Of a stretch of DNA of 64,000 bases, positions 9,337 through 19,996 are shown in pieces (position 1 is the first letter of the stretch; every line of letters starts with the position of its first letter). This stretch comes from Candidatus Omnitrophota bacterium (GTDB lineage: Bacteria; Omnitrophota; Gorgyraeia; B26-G9; JBDRCZ01). The translations under genes were made by a program, and so were the position numbers. The notes under the pieces are model-generated. The model searched no databases and was not told where the DNA came from. It was given only the letters and a program-made list of their open reading frames with translations. Location of the stretch: assembly GCA_043821285.1 (NCBI GenBank), contig JBDRCZ010000058.1, positions 18,699 through 82,698 on the forward strand, in the 5' to 3' direction.

Positions 9337-10782
9337 TCATAATGCGTTTGAGACTATCAAGCGCCGCGCCTCAAGACGCAATTTTTTTAACCTGTTTCTA
9401 CTGATAGTCTCTAAATAGCAGCGCACAATCGGCTCGGTCCCGGAAAACCGGTACATGACCCAGCTCTGATCTTGAAGAATAAATTTAAAACCGTCAATTG
9501 TATTTATTTCTTTTACCGGTAGATTGCAAAATTCAACCGGCGGGGCGGTTTTTAGTTTGTTCAGCAGTTTTAATTTTATTTTTTCGGTAAGTGCGATATC
9601 AATCCGGTCATTGTAAAAATATCCATATTTTTTGTAAAGGTTATTTAGTATTTTTCGGATGCTTTGCCCGCGGATGGCAAGCATTTCCGCAATCAATAGA
9701 CACGCAAGTATCCCGTCTTTTTCCGGAACATGCCCATGAATGGAAAGTCCGCCGGATTCTTCTCCGCCAATAAGACACTCTCCCCCGGCTAATACCTCTC
9801 CAATATATTTAAATCCCACCGGGGTTTCTATTACCCGCATGCCATTATACCCGGCAATACCGTCAATCATGGAAGTGGTCGATAAAGTGCGCGCTACGGT
9901 TTTCATCTTTCCCCTGGTTTTAATCAAATGCTCAAATAATAGCGCAAGCACCTGATTTGCGTTGATGTAGGTACCGTCCCTGTCAATTATCCCAAACCGG
10001 TCAGCATCACCATCGCAGGCCAGACCAAGGTGCGCCCGGCTGCGCCTTAGTTCATGGATCATTGTTTTGATATATGCCGGCTTGGGCTCAGGTGGGTTTC
10101 CGCCAAAAGCAGGATTTAAATCATTATTTAAAACTACAATGTTTTTTGTACATTTTTGTAAAATATTGTCAAGATAGCCGCGGCAGGTGCCATGCATGCA
10201 GTCAATAATAATTTTTAGTTTTGCCTTTTTCAGGGCCGCAATATCGACCAATTGCCTCAACCGCTTAAGATAGTCCCGGCTTGCATCAAATACGATAATT
10301 GGACGCGGTTTGTTCTGGGGAGGTGATTTTTGGTTAAAATTTTTAGTGATTATTTTTTCAATCTCATCAGTTGCTTTTTTGGGCGCCGGGCCGCCGTAGG
10401 CCGGAGAAAATTTTATACCGTTATATTCCGGCGGATTATGACTGGCGGTAAAATTTATACCGCCATCTGCATTTTTTTTTATTATCTGATAGGCGATAAC
10501 CGGTGTGGGCACATCCCGGTCAGCTAAAAATACATCAATATTCTCCGCCGCTAAAATTTCCGCGGTAAACCGGGCGCATTCTTTGGAAAGAAATCTGGTA
10601 TCATAGCCAACTACTATTTTCGGCCTTATATTTTCAGCCTGGTTTTTTTCTTTTTTCTGCGCCTTTACATATTTTCCGATTGCCGATATAACTCTTGCCA
10701 CATTTTCAAAGGTAAATTCTTCAGCAATAACTGCCCGCCAGCCGGATGTGCCAAATTTTATCGCCATCTTCTTATCCTTCAT
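9337..10782 (-). CDS. Phosphoglucomutase/phosphomannomutase family protein
   Basis: FGTSGWR, TASHNP phosphoserine loop, DGDADR metal loop, GEESGG. Confidence 0.92.
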   Translation of the reverse strand: MKDKKMAIKFGTSGWRAVIAEEFTFENVARVISAIGKYVKAQKKEKNQAENIRPKIVVGYDTRFLSKECARFTAEILAAENIDVFLADRDVPTPVIAYQIIKKNADGGINFTASHNPPEYNGIKFSPAYGGPAPKKATDEIEKIITKNFNQKSPPQNKPRPIIVFDASRDYLKRLRQLVDIAALKKAKLKIIIDCMHGTCRGYLDNILQKCTKNIVVLNNDLNPAFGGNPPEPKPAYIKTMIHELRRSRAHLGLACDGDADRFGIIDRDGTYINANQVLALLFEHLIKTRGKMKTVARTLSTTSMIDGIAGYNGMRVIETPVGFKYIGEVLAGGECLIGGEESGGLSIHGHVPEKDGILACLLIAEMLAIRGQSIRKILNNLYKKYGYFYNDRIDIALTEKIKLKLLNKLKTAPPVEFCNLPVKEINTIDGFKFILQDQSWVMYRFSGTEPIVRCYLETISRNRLKKLRLEARRLIVSNAL

Positions 10783-10910
10783 AAAAAAAATTCCTTGCCG
10801 CCGCTTATCCCGGTAGCAAGACCGCAGGGTATTACGCCGGTTGTATGATGCTACGCATCACCAAAATCTTTTTTATCCATTTAAAAACCTATCGTGTTCA
10901 AGCTTTCCCT
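10781..10910. repeat. Double-hairpin dispersed repeat family A, copy with ~65-bp insertion in first loop
   Basis: ATAAAAAAAATTCCTT...[insert]...AATCTTTTTTATCCATTTAAAAACC...GTTCAAGCTTTCCCT matches the copies at 20756, 36652, 38942, 53624. Confidence 0.75.
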
Positions 10911-10968
10911 CAATAATGTCACCCGGTAAACCAGACTATAGGAAATAGGCAAGTTTAACCGTAATGAT

Positions 10969-11577
10969 TTAGTTTTTAATTAACACCCTCCGGCCGGAAA
11001 TCTTCAACTTTCCTTTTACAAACAAGTCAATTGTCTGCGGAAGCAATTGATGTTCTAAAACATGTATTTTTTTGGCAAGTGTTTCTCTGGTGTCATTGTC
11101 TCTTACCTCAACCGGCGACTGTAAAATAATCGGACCGTGGTCCATCTGCTCATCGACAAAATGCACGGTTACCCCGGTAATTTTCGCCCCATCACAGAGT
11201 GCCGCCCCAATGCCGTCTGTACCCTTAAACGCCGGCAGGAGTGCCGGGTGGATATTTATTATCTTATTACGAAACGCACGCACAAAATAAGGACTGATCA
11301 TCCGCATAAACCCGGCAAGCACCACCATGTCAATTTTATGATGCTTAAGCTCTTTGACAACAGACTTATCATAATCAGTGCGGCTTTGATCTAGAGATGC
11401 AGCAATACATACTGCAGGAATGTTATGTTTTTCTGCCCGTTTTAAGACATAGGCATCTTGACGGTCTGAAATAACTAATGCTACTTTTGCCCCTTTGATC
11501 TTTTTACGCTTAACCGCCTGAATAATTGCCGCAAGATTTGAACCAAACCCTGAGGCAAGAACCGCTATTCTTTTCAT
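10969..11577 (-). CDS. purN: Phosphoribosylglycinamide formyltransferase
   Basis: VLASGFGSNL, LAGFMR, NIHPALLP, GVTVHFVDEQMDHGPII. Confidence 0.96.
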   Translation of the reverse strand: MKRIAVLASGFGSNLAAIIQAVKRKKIKGAKVALVISDRQDAYVLKRAEKHNIPAVCIAASLDQSRTDYDKSVVKELKHHKIDMVVLAGFMRMISPYFVRAFRNKIINIHPALLPAFKGTDGIGAALCDGAKITGVTVHFVDEQMDHGPIILQSPVEVRDNDTRETLAKKIHVLEHQLLPQTIDLFVKGKLKISGRRVLIKN

Positions 11578-12854
11578 GCCTTTGCGGCCTTTGCCAGACG
11601 CGGCATAATCTCTACGCCTTTAATTGTACCAATACTGCCTGCCTGACAACTCTTTTCCGAAAAGTTTATTATCCCGTCTGATTTAAAACCCGGACCGCAG
11701 ATTAATAACGGCACCGGATCCGCGGAATGTGCCTTGATTAAACAACTGGTCGCATGATCTGCGGTAACACAGATGATTGTCTGATCAAGATTTATTTCCT
11801 TAAGTAAAGGTCTAAAAAAATACCGGTCAATCGCTTCAATTGATTCAAGCTTTTTCTGATAATCGCCGTCATGCGCGGGTTCATCCGGGCCTTTAATATG
11901 AATGTATAGCCCGTCAAATTCAGACTTCGTGGTTATTACCTTTTTTGCCCAGTTAAGGTAATCTTCATCTATTTTTCCGGTCTTTGGCGGAGAGGCAACT
12001 TCCCTCATCCCGGTTAACATCGCAATGCCCTTTTCTACCGGCATCTCGACGAAACAGCCAAAATTTAAATCAAATAATTCTTTCATTGTAGGAAATTTTG
12101 GCAGGTGATCTCCGGCATCACGGGTCAAAATTACATTGGCTATCCGTTTATCTAATGCATCACGTTCACGATTTACGCCGGAATTTTCTAATATTTTTCT
12201 GCTTTTTTTAATAAACTCATTGGTCAAATGTGCCGCATCTTTTGCCGCTTTACTGTGATCAAGCGGCCGGCACTCTAATAATACGTTATCAAATTTTTCC
12301 AGCGCTATGCCAAATACGCCTTTTTTGCCATAAGCCGGATCGGTATTAGAAACATTTGCCGATAAATTTCCCTGCGCACGTAACACGAGCACCCCGCGGT
12401 GGCCAATTGTACTTTTAAACTCAAAACTTGCCCCGGGAATTGATTTAAGCTTTACTTTTGCATTAAGTTCCTCAGCCAGTTCCACAGCTTCCGGTGTAGA
12501 TAAATCCCGGCCAACTCTGCGGTCAAGTATTTCATTACTGCCTTTGCCCAAGGTGGCAAAGTTAACCCTATAGGCTAAATCTCCATCATTAATTTTGAGT
12601 CCCTCGGCATGGGACTCAAGCGGCCCTCGCCCGGTATAATACTTATCTGCATCATATCCAATAATACTAATCACGGCAACATCTGACTCCGGTGCGACTT
12701 TCTCCCCAACCGTATACACACTCCCCAGCTGTCCGCAACTCGCCAAATAATCTAAATCCGGTGTCCTGGCTGCTTCAAGTGGTGTTCTGTTGTCCAGCTC
12801 AGGTATTGAGGAATCCCCTAATCCGTCAAGCACCACGTAAATAATCTTATACAT
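11574..12854 (-). CDS. apgM: 2,3-bisphosphoglycerate-independent phosphoglycerate mutase, archaeal type
   Basis: VLDGLGD, TPLEAARTP, PESD, YYTGRGPLE, HIKGPDEPAHDG, TADH. Confidence 0.88.
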   Translation of the reverse strand: MYKIIYVVLDGLGDSSIPELDNRTPLEAARTPDLDYLASCGQLGSVYTVGEKVAPESDVAVISIIGYDADKYYTGRGPLESHAEGLKINDGDLAYRVNFATLGKGSNEILDRRVGRDLSTPEAVELAEELNAKVKLKSIPGASFEFKSTIGHRGVLVLRAQGNLSANVSNTDPAYGKKGVFGIALEKFDNVLLECRPLDHSKAAKDAAHLTNEFIKKSRKILENSGVNRERDALDKRIANVILTRDAGDHLPKFPTMKELFDLNFGCFVEMPVEKGIAMLTGMREVASPPKTGKIDEDYLNWAKKVITTKSEFDGLYIHIKGPDEPAHDGDYQKKLESIEAIDRYFFRPLLKEINLDQTIICVTADHATSCLIKAHSADPVPLLICGPGFKSDGIINFSEKSCQAGSIGTIKGVEIMPRLAKAAKA

Positions 12855-12920
12855 AAACTATTACCCCCCTGTAGATTAAGGTTCTGTCAAATGCATAATA
12901 TCCATGTTCGCTCGTAGTGA

Positions 12921-13304
12921 TTATCTCTTTTTCTGATTTTTAAGTAACACCGCATCGATTTTTGCTTTCAAATCAGTATAATCGACCGGCTTGTTTAAAT
13001 AATCACTTACCCCTAAATCCAATGCCTCCAGATATGTTTCCCATTCGCCGTATCCGGTAATAATAATAACCGGAAGATCCAGCCGTTTACCCGATAATTT
13101 CTTAAGCAGGCCAATCGCCGTATCATCCGGCAGCTTTAAATCCGCAACCATTAAATCATATTTTTGTTTTTCTAAATTATCAATTGCCGCCTCGATCGTA
13201 CCTGTTTCCGTGGCTAAAAATCCATCCTCCACCAGTAATTTTGCCAGGTATTTTCTAAATACCACATCATCTTCAACCAGCAATATTCTATATTTTTTTG
13301 CCAT
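12921..13304 (-). CDS. Single-domain response regulator receiver
   Basis: ILLVEDD, ADLKLPD, ITGYG, DYLNKP. Start moved to ATG 13304, which follows AGGAGGT. Confidence 0.88.
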   Translation of the reverse strand: MAKKYRILLVEDDVVFRKYLAKLLVEDGFLATETGTIEAAIDNLEKQKYDLMVADLKLPDDTAIGLLKKLSGKRLDLPVIIITGYGEWETYLEALDLGVSDYLNKPVDYTDLKAKIDAVLLKNQKKR

Positions 13305-13361
13305 ACGCACACCTCCTTTAGTCCACAAGTTTTGCCAAAAATCCCGCTTTTTTTCTCATCT

Positions 13362-14051
13362 CTATTTAACCCGCCGCCCAAAGACGATAACAAATTCTCC
13401 CCGGGGCTTGTTGCGGCTAAAGTAATCTATTAAAACTGATACTTTATCTCTTAACACCTGTTCGAATTTTTTTGTCAGTTCCCGGCAAACGGCAATATCG
13501 ATATCCCCAAGCGCCTGATAAATAATCGACAGCGTCTTAAGCAGGCGGTGCGGCGATTCGTAACAAATGATCGTCTCTCCTCTTTGATGATATTCGATTA
13601 TTTTTTCTCTTTTTTTGTTTGTCTTAACCGGCAAAAAACCGCAGAAACTAAACCGGTCCGTGGCAAATCCTGATACCACTAACGCGACCGCATGTGCTAC
13701 CGCACCCGGAATTACTTCTACTTTGATATTTCTATTTATCGCTTCCTTAATCAAATGCACGCCCGGATCAGATATCCCCGGCATGCCGGCATCCGATACC
13801 AAAGCAATATTTTTCCCATCTTTAAGGTAAGCGATTAAAACTTCCTCTCTCGATAGTCGGTTGTATTGATAATAGCTAATGGTATGCTTTTTTATGCCAA
13901 AGTACTTAAGAAGTATACCTGTACGCCGGGTATCTTCACAGGCAATAATATCAACTGATTTTAATACTTCGATCGCACGAAAGGTTATATCATTAATATT
14001 ACCAATCGGTGTTGCGACAACAAATAATACACCTGTTTCTTTCTCTAACAT
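13362..14051 (-). CDS. rsmI: 16S rRNA (cytidine1402-2'-O)-methyltransferase
   Basis: VATPIGNINDIT, CEDTRRT, SDAGMPGISDPG, YESPHR, RELTKKFE. Confidence 0.95.
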   Translation of the reverse strand: MLEKETGVLFVVATPIGNINDITFRAIEVLKSVDIIACEDTRRTGILLKYFGIKKHTISYYQYNRLSREEVLIAYLKDGKNIALVSDAGMPGISDPGVHLIKEAINRNIKVEVIPGAVAHAVALVVSGFATDRFSFCGFLPVKTNKKREKIIEYHQRGETIICYESPHRLLKTLSIIYQALGDIDIAVCRELTKKFEQVLRDKVSVLIDYFSRNKPRGEFVIVFGRRVK

Positions 14052-14059
14052 GTATCTCT

Positions 14060-14088
14060 ATTATAATCACCAACTTTTCTTTTGTCAA
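14060..14088 (-). promoter_or_regulatory. Consensus sigma70 promoter of rsmI operon
   Basis: Minus strand TTGACA (14088-14083), 17 nt spacer, TATAAT (14065-14060). Confidence 0.7.
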
Positions 14089-14142
14089 TGCCGCTTATCG
14101 AAATCTTATCTCCAAAGGTTACGCAGCTTTTTACTGTTCTTA

Positions 14143-15027
14143 TTAGATCCCTATTCTTTTCAAAAAAACTCTATTTTTTCGCCAGTTTTTTTCCACCTTT
14201 ACCCAGAGATCAAGATATACCTTTTGCCCAAAATAGCCTTCAAGTTTAATCCGGCTTTTTTCACCAATACTCTTAAGTCTCATCCCCCGCTGGCCAATTA
14301 CGATTGCCTTCTGTGATGAGCGTTCAACATAAATTGTTGCTCTGATATAAAGAAGATCTTTCGCTTCTCTTCTTTTAAACTCTTCGACGACTACGGCAAC
14401 GGCATGCGGAACCTCTTCCTGCAACTGCCAGAGCGCCTCCTCACGGATTATTTCAGAAGCAATAAAACGATCATCTTTATCGGTTATCTGATCTATGGGA
14501 AAATACCTCGGACCAGGCGGTAAATATTTTTTAATTACTCCCGTGACAAAAGATACATCTTCTCGATTAAGCGCGGAAAGCGGCAGATGCTCGTCAAATT
14601 CACATATTTTTTTACATTCCTCGATTATTTTTAAAATCTTTGACTTTTGTATCAAATCAATCTTATTTATCGCCAATAGTTTATTCTGCTTCCAGTCTTT
14701 TATTTTTTTAAATAAATTTATATCATCTGAAGTTACCCCTCTTGCGTCGATAAACAATAATACAATATCCGCCTCACCCCCGGCATCCCAGGCCGCCCGA
14801 ACCATTTTACGTCCTAACTCATGCTGCGGCTTGTGGATCCCCGGGGTGTCCATAAAAATAATCTGGCAGCCGCGGTCATTATAAATACCTAAAATCCTAT
14901 TTCTGGTTGTCTCTGGCCGGTGACAGACCGCGGCAATGTGCTGTTCTAAAATATTATTTAAAAACGTTGATTTTCCGGTATTTGGACGGCCAATTATTGC
15001 CACATAACCGGATTTTATATCCTGCAT
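14143..15027 (-). CDS. era: GTPase Era
   Basis: GRPNTGKST, ETTR, DTPG, NKID, KH domain with VIGQRG. Confidence 0.96.
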   Translation of the reverse strand: MQDIKSGYVAIIGRPNTGKSTFLNNILEQHIAAVCHRPETTRNRILGIYNDRGCQIIFMDTPGIHKPQHELGRKMVRAAWDAGGEADIVLLFIDARGVTSDDINLFKKIKDWKQNKLLAINKIDLIQKSKILKIIEECKKICEFDEHLPLSALNREDVSFVTGVIKKYLPPGPRYFPIDQITDKDDRFIASEIIREEALWQLQEEVPHAVAVVVEEFKRREAKDLLYIRATIYVERSSQKAIVIGQRGMRLKSIGEKSRIKLEGYFGQKVYLDLWVKVEKNWRKNRVFLKRIGI

Positions 15028-15030
15028 CTT

Positions 15031-16620
15031 CTAACGTTTTTCCTTATAATTCGTCACGACAATCCCCGGACCGCCGGTAACCGGACATTTATATTCACAT
15101 ATTCCGCAGCCAATACAAGCCTCTTCATTAACATACGGTCTTTTTACGATTTTTGTCTCTTTTTCTTCAGTTATAACTTCTACCTCGGTATATGATATTG
15201 CTTTATCCGCCACCGGACAGTGTTCTTCACATTTTATGCAATTTTCATTTTTATACCACGGCAGGCAATGGTCTTTATCAAAAAACGCCGTGCCAATTTT
15301 TGAAAGACGGCGCTGTTCCTTTGTCAAATCTTTTATTGCGCCGGTTGGACAAACCTGTCCACAGCGCGTACAAACATCATCGCAATAACCAACCTGATAA
15401 TTTAACCGCGGTGTCCAAAAACCAACCAGCCCGCTTTCCAGAAAACTTGGCTGGATGACCTTTGTCGGGCAGACTTTCATGCATTGTCCGCAGCGAATAC
15501 ATTTATTTATAAACCGTTCCTCACGATCCGCACCCGGCGGACGGATCAAAAATTTTGAATTAGGGATCCATTTTACCGAGCGCATGTATCCGACAAATAA
15601 GCCGCTGCCGGCTGCCGTCAAAAGAAACTGCCGGCGTGAGGGCAGAAAATTTGACCTGCGCAAAATACCCGGCGGCATGCTCAATCCAAAAAACATCTTT
15701 TTCTTCCGGCAAATGTTAACACATTCAAAACAACGTATGCACTCTTTAGCCTGGTAGCTGTCTTTTACCGCATTAAAATTTTTGACCTGCGCGTGACAAT
15801 GCGTCAAACAAATTGCACATTCATCGCAATCTTCTCTTATTTTCCTTCGCAAAGGACTAAACTCCGAACAAATACCCAGCAGCGCCCCTAAAGGACAAAT
15901 ATTCTTACACCAAAAGCGGTGTCCAAAAATACTCAACCCAAATATAAAAACCGTGAACCCCAAAATAATTGCTGAAGTACTATAGCTGGTCATCTCTAAT
16001 GAAAAGAGGCTGTTTTCAAAATTAAAAATAAAGCTATTGTAAGCATCCCGCAAAAAAATTGTCTGCGCAAGAAGGATTTTCCCTTTGAACGTAAAATTCA
16101 AAACCGAATTAAAAATACCCAGGATCAAATTGACAATTGCCAGAAATGCCGGCAGTATTGCGGTAATAAAAAACCGCGTAATTATCGCCAAAGGATCAAA
16201 ATAGCCTGCGGTTTGTACTCCGAACACGGCCGTAATCAATATAAACAACAGGATTAGATATTTTATCCGGCGGTATCCAACCGCCAGCGGTTTTTTACGA
16301 ATCATTCCTTTACGGAACAAACGCCGTTCGGCAAAATCGATTAATGAACCCAGCGGACATGCCCAGCCGCAAAAAAATCTGCCAAAAAATAAAGTAAACG
16401 TTAATAAAACCACGGATGAGATAAATGCCGGGGGAAGCTGCCATGTCGCCAGTCCCGCGGAAAACATGATCAAGGGGTCAATCTTGAGTATAACACTGAC
16501 CGGGTAACGAATAACAAATTTATCGATTAGTGCATCATATCTGCCCTCGGTAAGCAATATCAATACCAGAAAGGCGATAAAAAACAATAATTGAAAAACG
16601 CGACGGAAAGGTCTTAACAT
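15031..16620 (-). CDS. Membrane polyferredoxin (NapH/MauN-like fused to NapG/MauM-like 4Fe-4S domains)
   Basis: TM helices, FCGWACPLG, WCKNICPLG, IRPPGA, several CxxCxxCxxxCP motifs. Confidence 0.8.
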   Translation of the reverse strand: MLRPFRRVFQLLFFIAFLVLILLTEGRYDALIDKFVIRYPVSVILKIDPLIMFSAGLATWQLPPAFISSVVLLTFTLFFGRFFCGWACPLGSLIDFAERRLFRKGMIRKKPLAVGYRRIKYLILLFILITAVFGVQTAGYFDPLAIITRFFITAILPAFLAIVNLILGIFNSVLNFTFKGKILLAQTIFLRDAYNSFIFNFENSLFSLEMTSYSTSAIILGFTVFIFGLSIFGHRFWCKNICPLGALLGICSEFSPLRRKIREDCDECAICLTHCHAQVKNFNAVKDSYQAKECIRCFECVNICRKKKMFFGLSMPPGILRRSNFLPSRRQFLLTAAGSGLFVGYMRSVKWIPNSKFLIRPPGADREERFINKCIRCGQCMKVCPTKVIQPSFLESGLVGFWTPRLNYQVGYCDDVCTRCGQVCPTGAIKDLTKEQRRLSKIGTAFFDKDHCLPWYKNENCIKCEEHCPVADKAISYTEVEVITEEKETKIVKRPYVNEEACIGCGICEYKCPVTGGPGIVVTNYKEKR

Positions 16621-17519
16621 TTTATAAGTCTTGTACGGGATAATTCCATATCCCCCAGACCCAGCTCATCGGCCCGGACAATAAACCCAATATCCTTCGG
16701 CTGATAACCAAACAATGTTGCGCCATAGGCATCCACCGCGACCAGGTCCGTACTCGCGGCCACCTGGTTCACAATCTTTACATCTTTTAAATCTCCGCCC
16801 TGTGGTCCATGCGCCGTGAGTATTCGGCTTGCATCCAATACGGTAAGGTGGGGTTTGATTATTGAATGCAGCTCCGGCAGTTTATCATGGATTTTGTCAT
16901 GCAGCACCGGCCGATCTTTTATCACCCCCATGAGATTTTTCATCCCCAGGGTTAGCGTGCTCAATCCATGTACTTTTGCGACTGGGACATTAATAAAAAC
17001 ATCACATTCTAACACCTCGCGATAGATTTCTATCTCTGGTAAAAATTTTGCCCCAGGGATTTTCGTTTTTATAAAATTATCCATATTAACATAATGAACA
17101 CGGGCACCGGCTTCGATTGCGGCTTTTTGAATCCCGCTGCGTAAATACGTATCCCGGGAATTATGACAGGTATTGTCCCACACCGAAATATGCCCGGCCC
17201 CTGCAAGATTACACATCTCGACCAATGCTGCAACAATTTCCGGATTAGTATTACCGGCCTGCTCGGGGGTTCTATTCCATGCAATATTCGGCTTAATTAC
17301 CACCCGTGCACCTTCGCGAACAAATTTTTTTATCCCCCCTAATGCATTAATAACCTGATAGGTATTCAAGGCCGGATCATTACCACTGGCAACGGCAATA
17401 TCCGCGGCCTTAGATTGCGCAAAAACTTCTGATGATAGCGGCCGAAGATTAGCAAAAACCATCCCTATGCCTGCCAAAGTCATTTTTTTAATAAAATCCC
17501 TTCTGGTTAACTGTACCAT
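16614..17519 (-). CDS. DUF362 family protein with Tat signal
   Basis: TRRDFIK twin-arginine leader, VIKPNIAW, INVPVAKVH, GMKNLMG. Start taken at ATG 17519. Confidence 0.82.
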   Translation of the reverse strand: MVQLTRRDFIKKMTLAGIGMVFANLRPLSSEVFAQSKAADIAVASGNDPALNTYQVINALGGIKKFVREGARVVIKPNIAWNRTPEQAGNTNPEIVAALVEMCNLAGAGHISVWDNTCHNSRDTYLRSGIQKAAIEAGARVHYVNMDNFIKTKIPGAKFLPEIEIYREVLECDVFINVPVAKVHGLSTLTLGMKNLMGVIKDRPVLHDKIHDKLPELHSIIKPHLTVLDASRILTAHGPQGGDLKDVKIVNQVAASTDLVAVDAYGATLFGYQPKDIGFIVRADELGLGDMELSRTRLIKC

Positions 17520-17542
17520 TATTTTATCCCAAAATGACAATC

Positions 17543-18156
17543 GGTTCTGTCAAAAGTATCCGCACATTTTTTAAAGCACTCACAGAGTACAAGCACCCAT
17601 AGGGCACAGGCAGCCACAGATTTCTCAGATTAAATTGATTTTATGCTTTTAAATCTTTCTCTCTTTTATCCACCATAGATTTATTCACCACAGATTTGCT
17701 CAGATTTCTGCTCCCCTAAAAATATGGCTCTTTCTCAGAATCTGTGGGTAAAAACAAAGGTTTATAATGGGGTGAAACGTTTCGTATATAGGCTATGCGT
17801 CACTTTTTAGCACATCGTAGGCAAAGCCAAGCATCAAATCTCTGCTAACCCAGTAGAACTACGCTAATAAGAATATAACTGGTCGCCAAAATAAACCGAT
17901 AGTCAATATTTAAACAACGTTTTCACCCTAACCTGATGAATTTTAACTAGTTCCATATTTTTAAGCAAAAAAACACCCACAGATTCTATTAACGAGGCAA
18001 AAATATTTATAACTATCTGCGTAATATTTGCGTTTCGTCTTTTTTTATCCGTGTTCAATCAGTGAAAATCTGCGGCTTTATCTTTTTCTTTTTTCTCAGG
18101 CTAACTCTCTGCATAATCTGGCTGCTTTTTAGTTTGTTATCATATTTTGACACTAC
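17543..18156. mobile_element. MITE-like element, family B
   Basis: Bounded by GTTCTGTCAAAA and TTTTGACACTAC (imperfect inverted ends). Interior has CACAGATT repeats on the left and ATCTGYG/ATCCGTG on the right. No ORF. Confidence 0.5.
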
Positions 18157-18169
18157 TTCATAACATCTA

Positions 18170-19306
18170 TTAGACAAAGCGTTTCTTTGTTTCCTGTTTT
18201 TCCCAGAAAAGCTCTGCCATCTTTATCCGGTTTATAATTGATGGATGATCATATAGTAAAAATTCGACCCATTTCGGCGGCTGCATGTCCGCTAAATTCT
18301 GCCGGCCCAATCTAATCATTGCCGAAATAAACGCTTCCGGATCATTGGTTACCGTCAAAGCATAGAGATCCGCTTCTTTCTCCAAAAGACGCGAATAATG
18401 GCTTTCAATTGGCATGGTAATAATCCCAAACAAAAACAAAAGCAGGCAAAGTAAAGGAAAATTGGCAACATCGGAAATCCGGTAAAATCCAAAAATGTCG
18501 ATGCTATTACTAAAAACAAGGCCGACAAGGTAAAACCCGATAATTGTCCCAACCGCATTAAAAAAAATAATCCGCCACACATGTTTGTATTTTTCATGTG
18601 CTAACTCATGTGCCAAGATCACGATAATTTCTTCCAGATAAAAATTTTCAATCAAGGTATCGGTAAAAACAATCCTTTTATTTTTGCCTATTCCAATTAC
18701 CGCGGCATTTGCCTTTTTTGTTTCCCGGCTAAAATCAATTATCCCAATATTGCAGGTATTTGTCCCGGTGCGCTGGGCGAGGCTAAAGACCTTTCTTTTC
18801 AACGTTTGGTCATTCAGCGGTTTGTATTTATAAAAAAACGGCATAATCACGGTCGGGGCAATTTTTGTTAAAAATATCGAGATAACAATCCAGATAATTG
18901 CCGCTTTTAACCACCAGCTGCCTGCTGAGACACTCAAAAGAATATAAATCACCTGGGCCATGAACAATAGCACTAAAAACATAATCATCTGCTTCTTTGC
19001 TTCTTTTTTAATCCAGTCCTCGATGCGCAAGTTAGAAAGGGCAAATTTATGTTCGATAATATAGCCGCGGTAAAAATTAAGCGGCAGCATCACCAGCGTA
19101 CCAATTACAAAAAATAAAAATAAATACATTGCCACGGCAAAAAACGTATTCTCACTTATATGATAGGCGATATTTCTTAAAGATTTTGACAGATCGGTCA
19201 TTAAGCAGATTAAGAGATATAAAACGGTGAGCGTTATCTCCAAAACAAACAACTGATTTTTGACCAGATTATAAACCTTAGCCTGATTTAACTCTTCCTT
19301 CCCCAT
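18170..19306 (-). CDS. M48 (Ste24-like) membrane zinc metalloprotease
   Basis: Multiple TMs, KANAA, HELAH zinc motif, EKEAD, DHPSI. Confidence 0.9.
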   Translation of the reverse strand: MGKEELNQAKVYNLVKNQLFVLEITLTVLYLLICLMTDLSKSLRNIAYHISENTFFAVAMYLFLFFVIGTLVMLPLNFYRGYIIEHKFALSNLRIEDWIKKEAKKQMIMFLVLLFMAQVIYILLSVSAGSWWLKAAIIWIVISIFLTKIAPTVIMPFFYKYKPLNDQTLKRKVFSLAQRTGTNTCNIGIIDFSRETKKANAAVIGIGKNKRIVFTDTLIENFYLEEIIVILAHELAHEKYKHVWRIIFFNAVGTIIGFYLVGLVFSNSIDIFGFYRISDVANFPLLCLLLFLFGIITMPIESHYSRLLEKEADLYALTVTNDPEAFISAMIRLGRQNLADMQPPKWVEFLLYDHPSIINRIKMAELFWEKQETKKRFV

Positions 19307-19820
19307 CTAACTGCCTCCCATAAATTTGTCTTATGTTATTAAATATTTCAATATATTTTTGCGTACGATAGTCAGGATATGTCCATGCACAAGGGGTAAA
19401 GGTCTTATTTTTAAAACAGAGTGTAACCTCGGCATAAATACCTTTACCGATATATATCCGGTGGGCATAATCCTTAGTCGTCAGCAAAATTAATTTTGCC
19501 AGATTAACCGCTCCCGGGTCAATATTTATCCTGCGCCGTCCGCAAGTTAAGAATTTATTTTCCAGGTTATTGGTAAAAATTTTGATATCTGCCAATACCT
19601 CTAATCTAATTAACTTCTGAAAACTTACAAACTGCCGTTTAAGTATCTCCCCCATTTCCGCGGTATAATAGTCTGTAAAATCAAAATCAAAAACTGCGCT
19701 CTGATAATCAAGCGCACCAAATTTCTTAGCCAAAAAAATACTTACCTGATCAATAACCCCAGGCTGGGCAATAAATCCAACAATTAATTTAACTCTTTGC
19801 GGCTTGGTTATCTTTCCCAT
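19278..19820 (-). CDS. DUF4416 family protein
   Basis: FDFTDYYTAEMG, RRINIDPG, KDYAHRIYIGKGIYAE, WTYPDY. Confidence 0.85.
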   Translation of the reverse strand: MGKITKPQRVKLIVGFIAQPGVIDQVSIFLAKKFGALDYQSAVFDFDFTDYYTAEMGEILKRQFVSFQKLIRLEVLADIKIFTNNLENKFLTCGRRRINIDPGAVNLAKLILLTTKDYAHRIYIGKGIYAEVTLCFKNKTFTPCAWTYPDYRTQKYIEIFNNIRQIYGRQLDGEGRVKSG

Positions 19821-19957
19821 CTGAATCTTTGACTATCGTATCTAGTGCTTTGTTAAATTAGTTCTTAAAAAGATATTATTCCGAAAAACGAAAATCGAAA
19901 TTTGACCGCAATCGAGAATTTCGTCGTTCTCTCTTATTTTCTATTTTCGATTGCTCC

Positions 19958-19996
19958 AGTGCTCTGTCAAATTAATTTTTAATTTGACAGAGCACT
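19958..19996. terminator. Perfect 18-bp inverted repeat overlapping 3' end of 19979-20656
   Basis: AGTGCTCTGTCAAATTAA-ttt-TTAATTTGACAGAGCACT. Confidence 0.5.
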
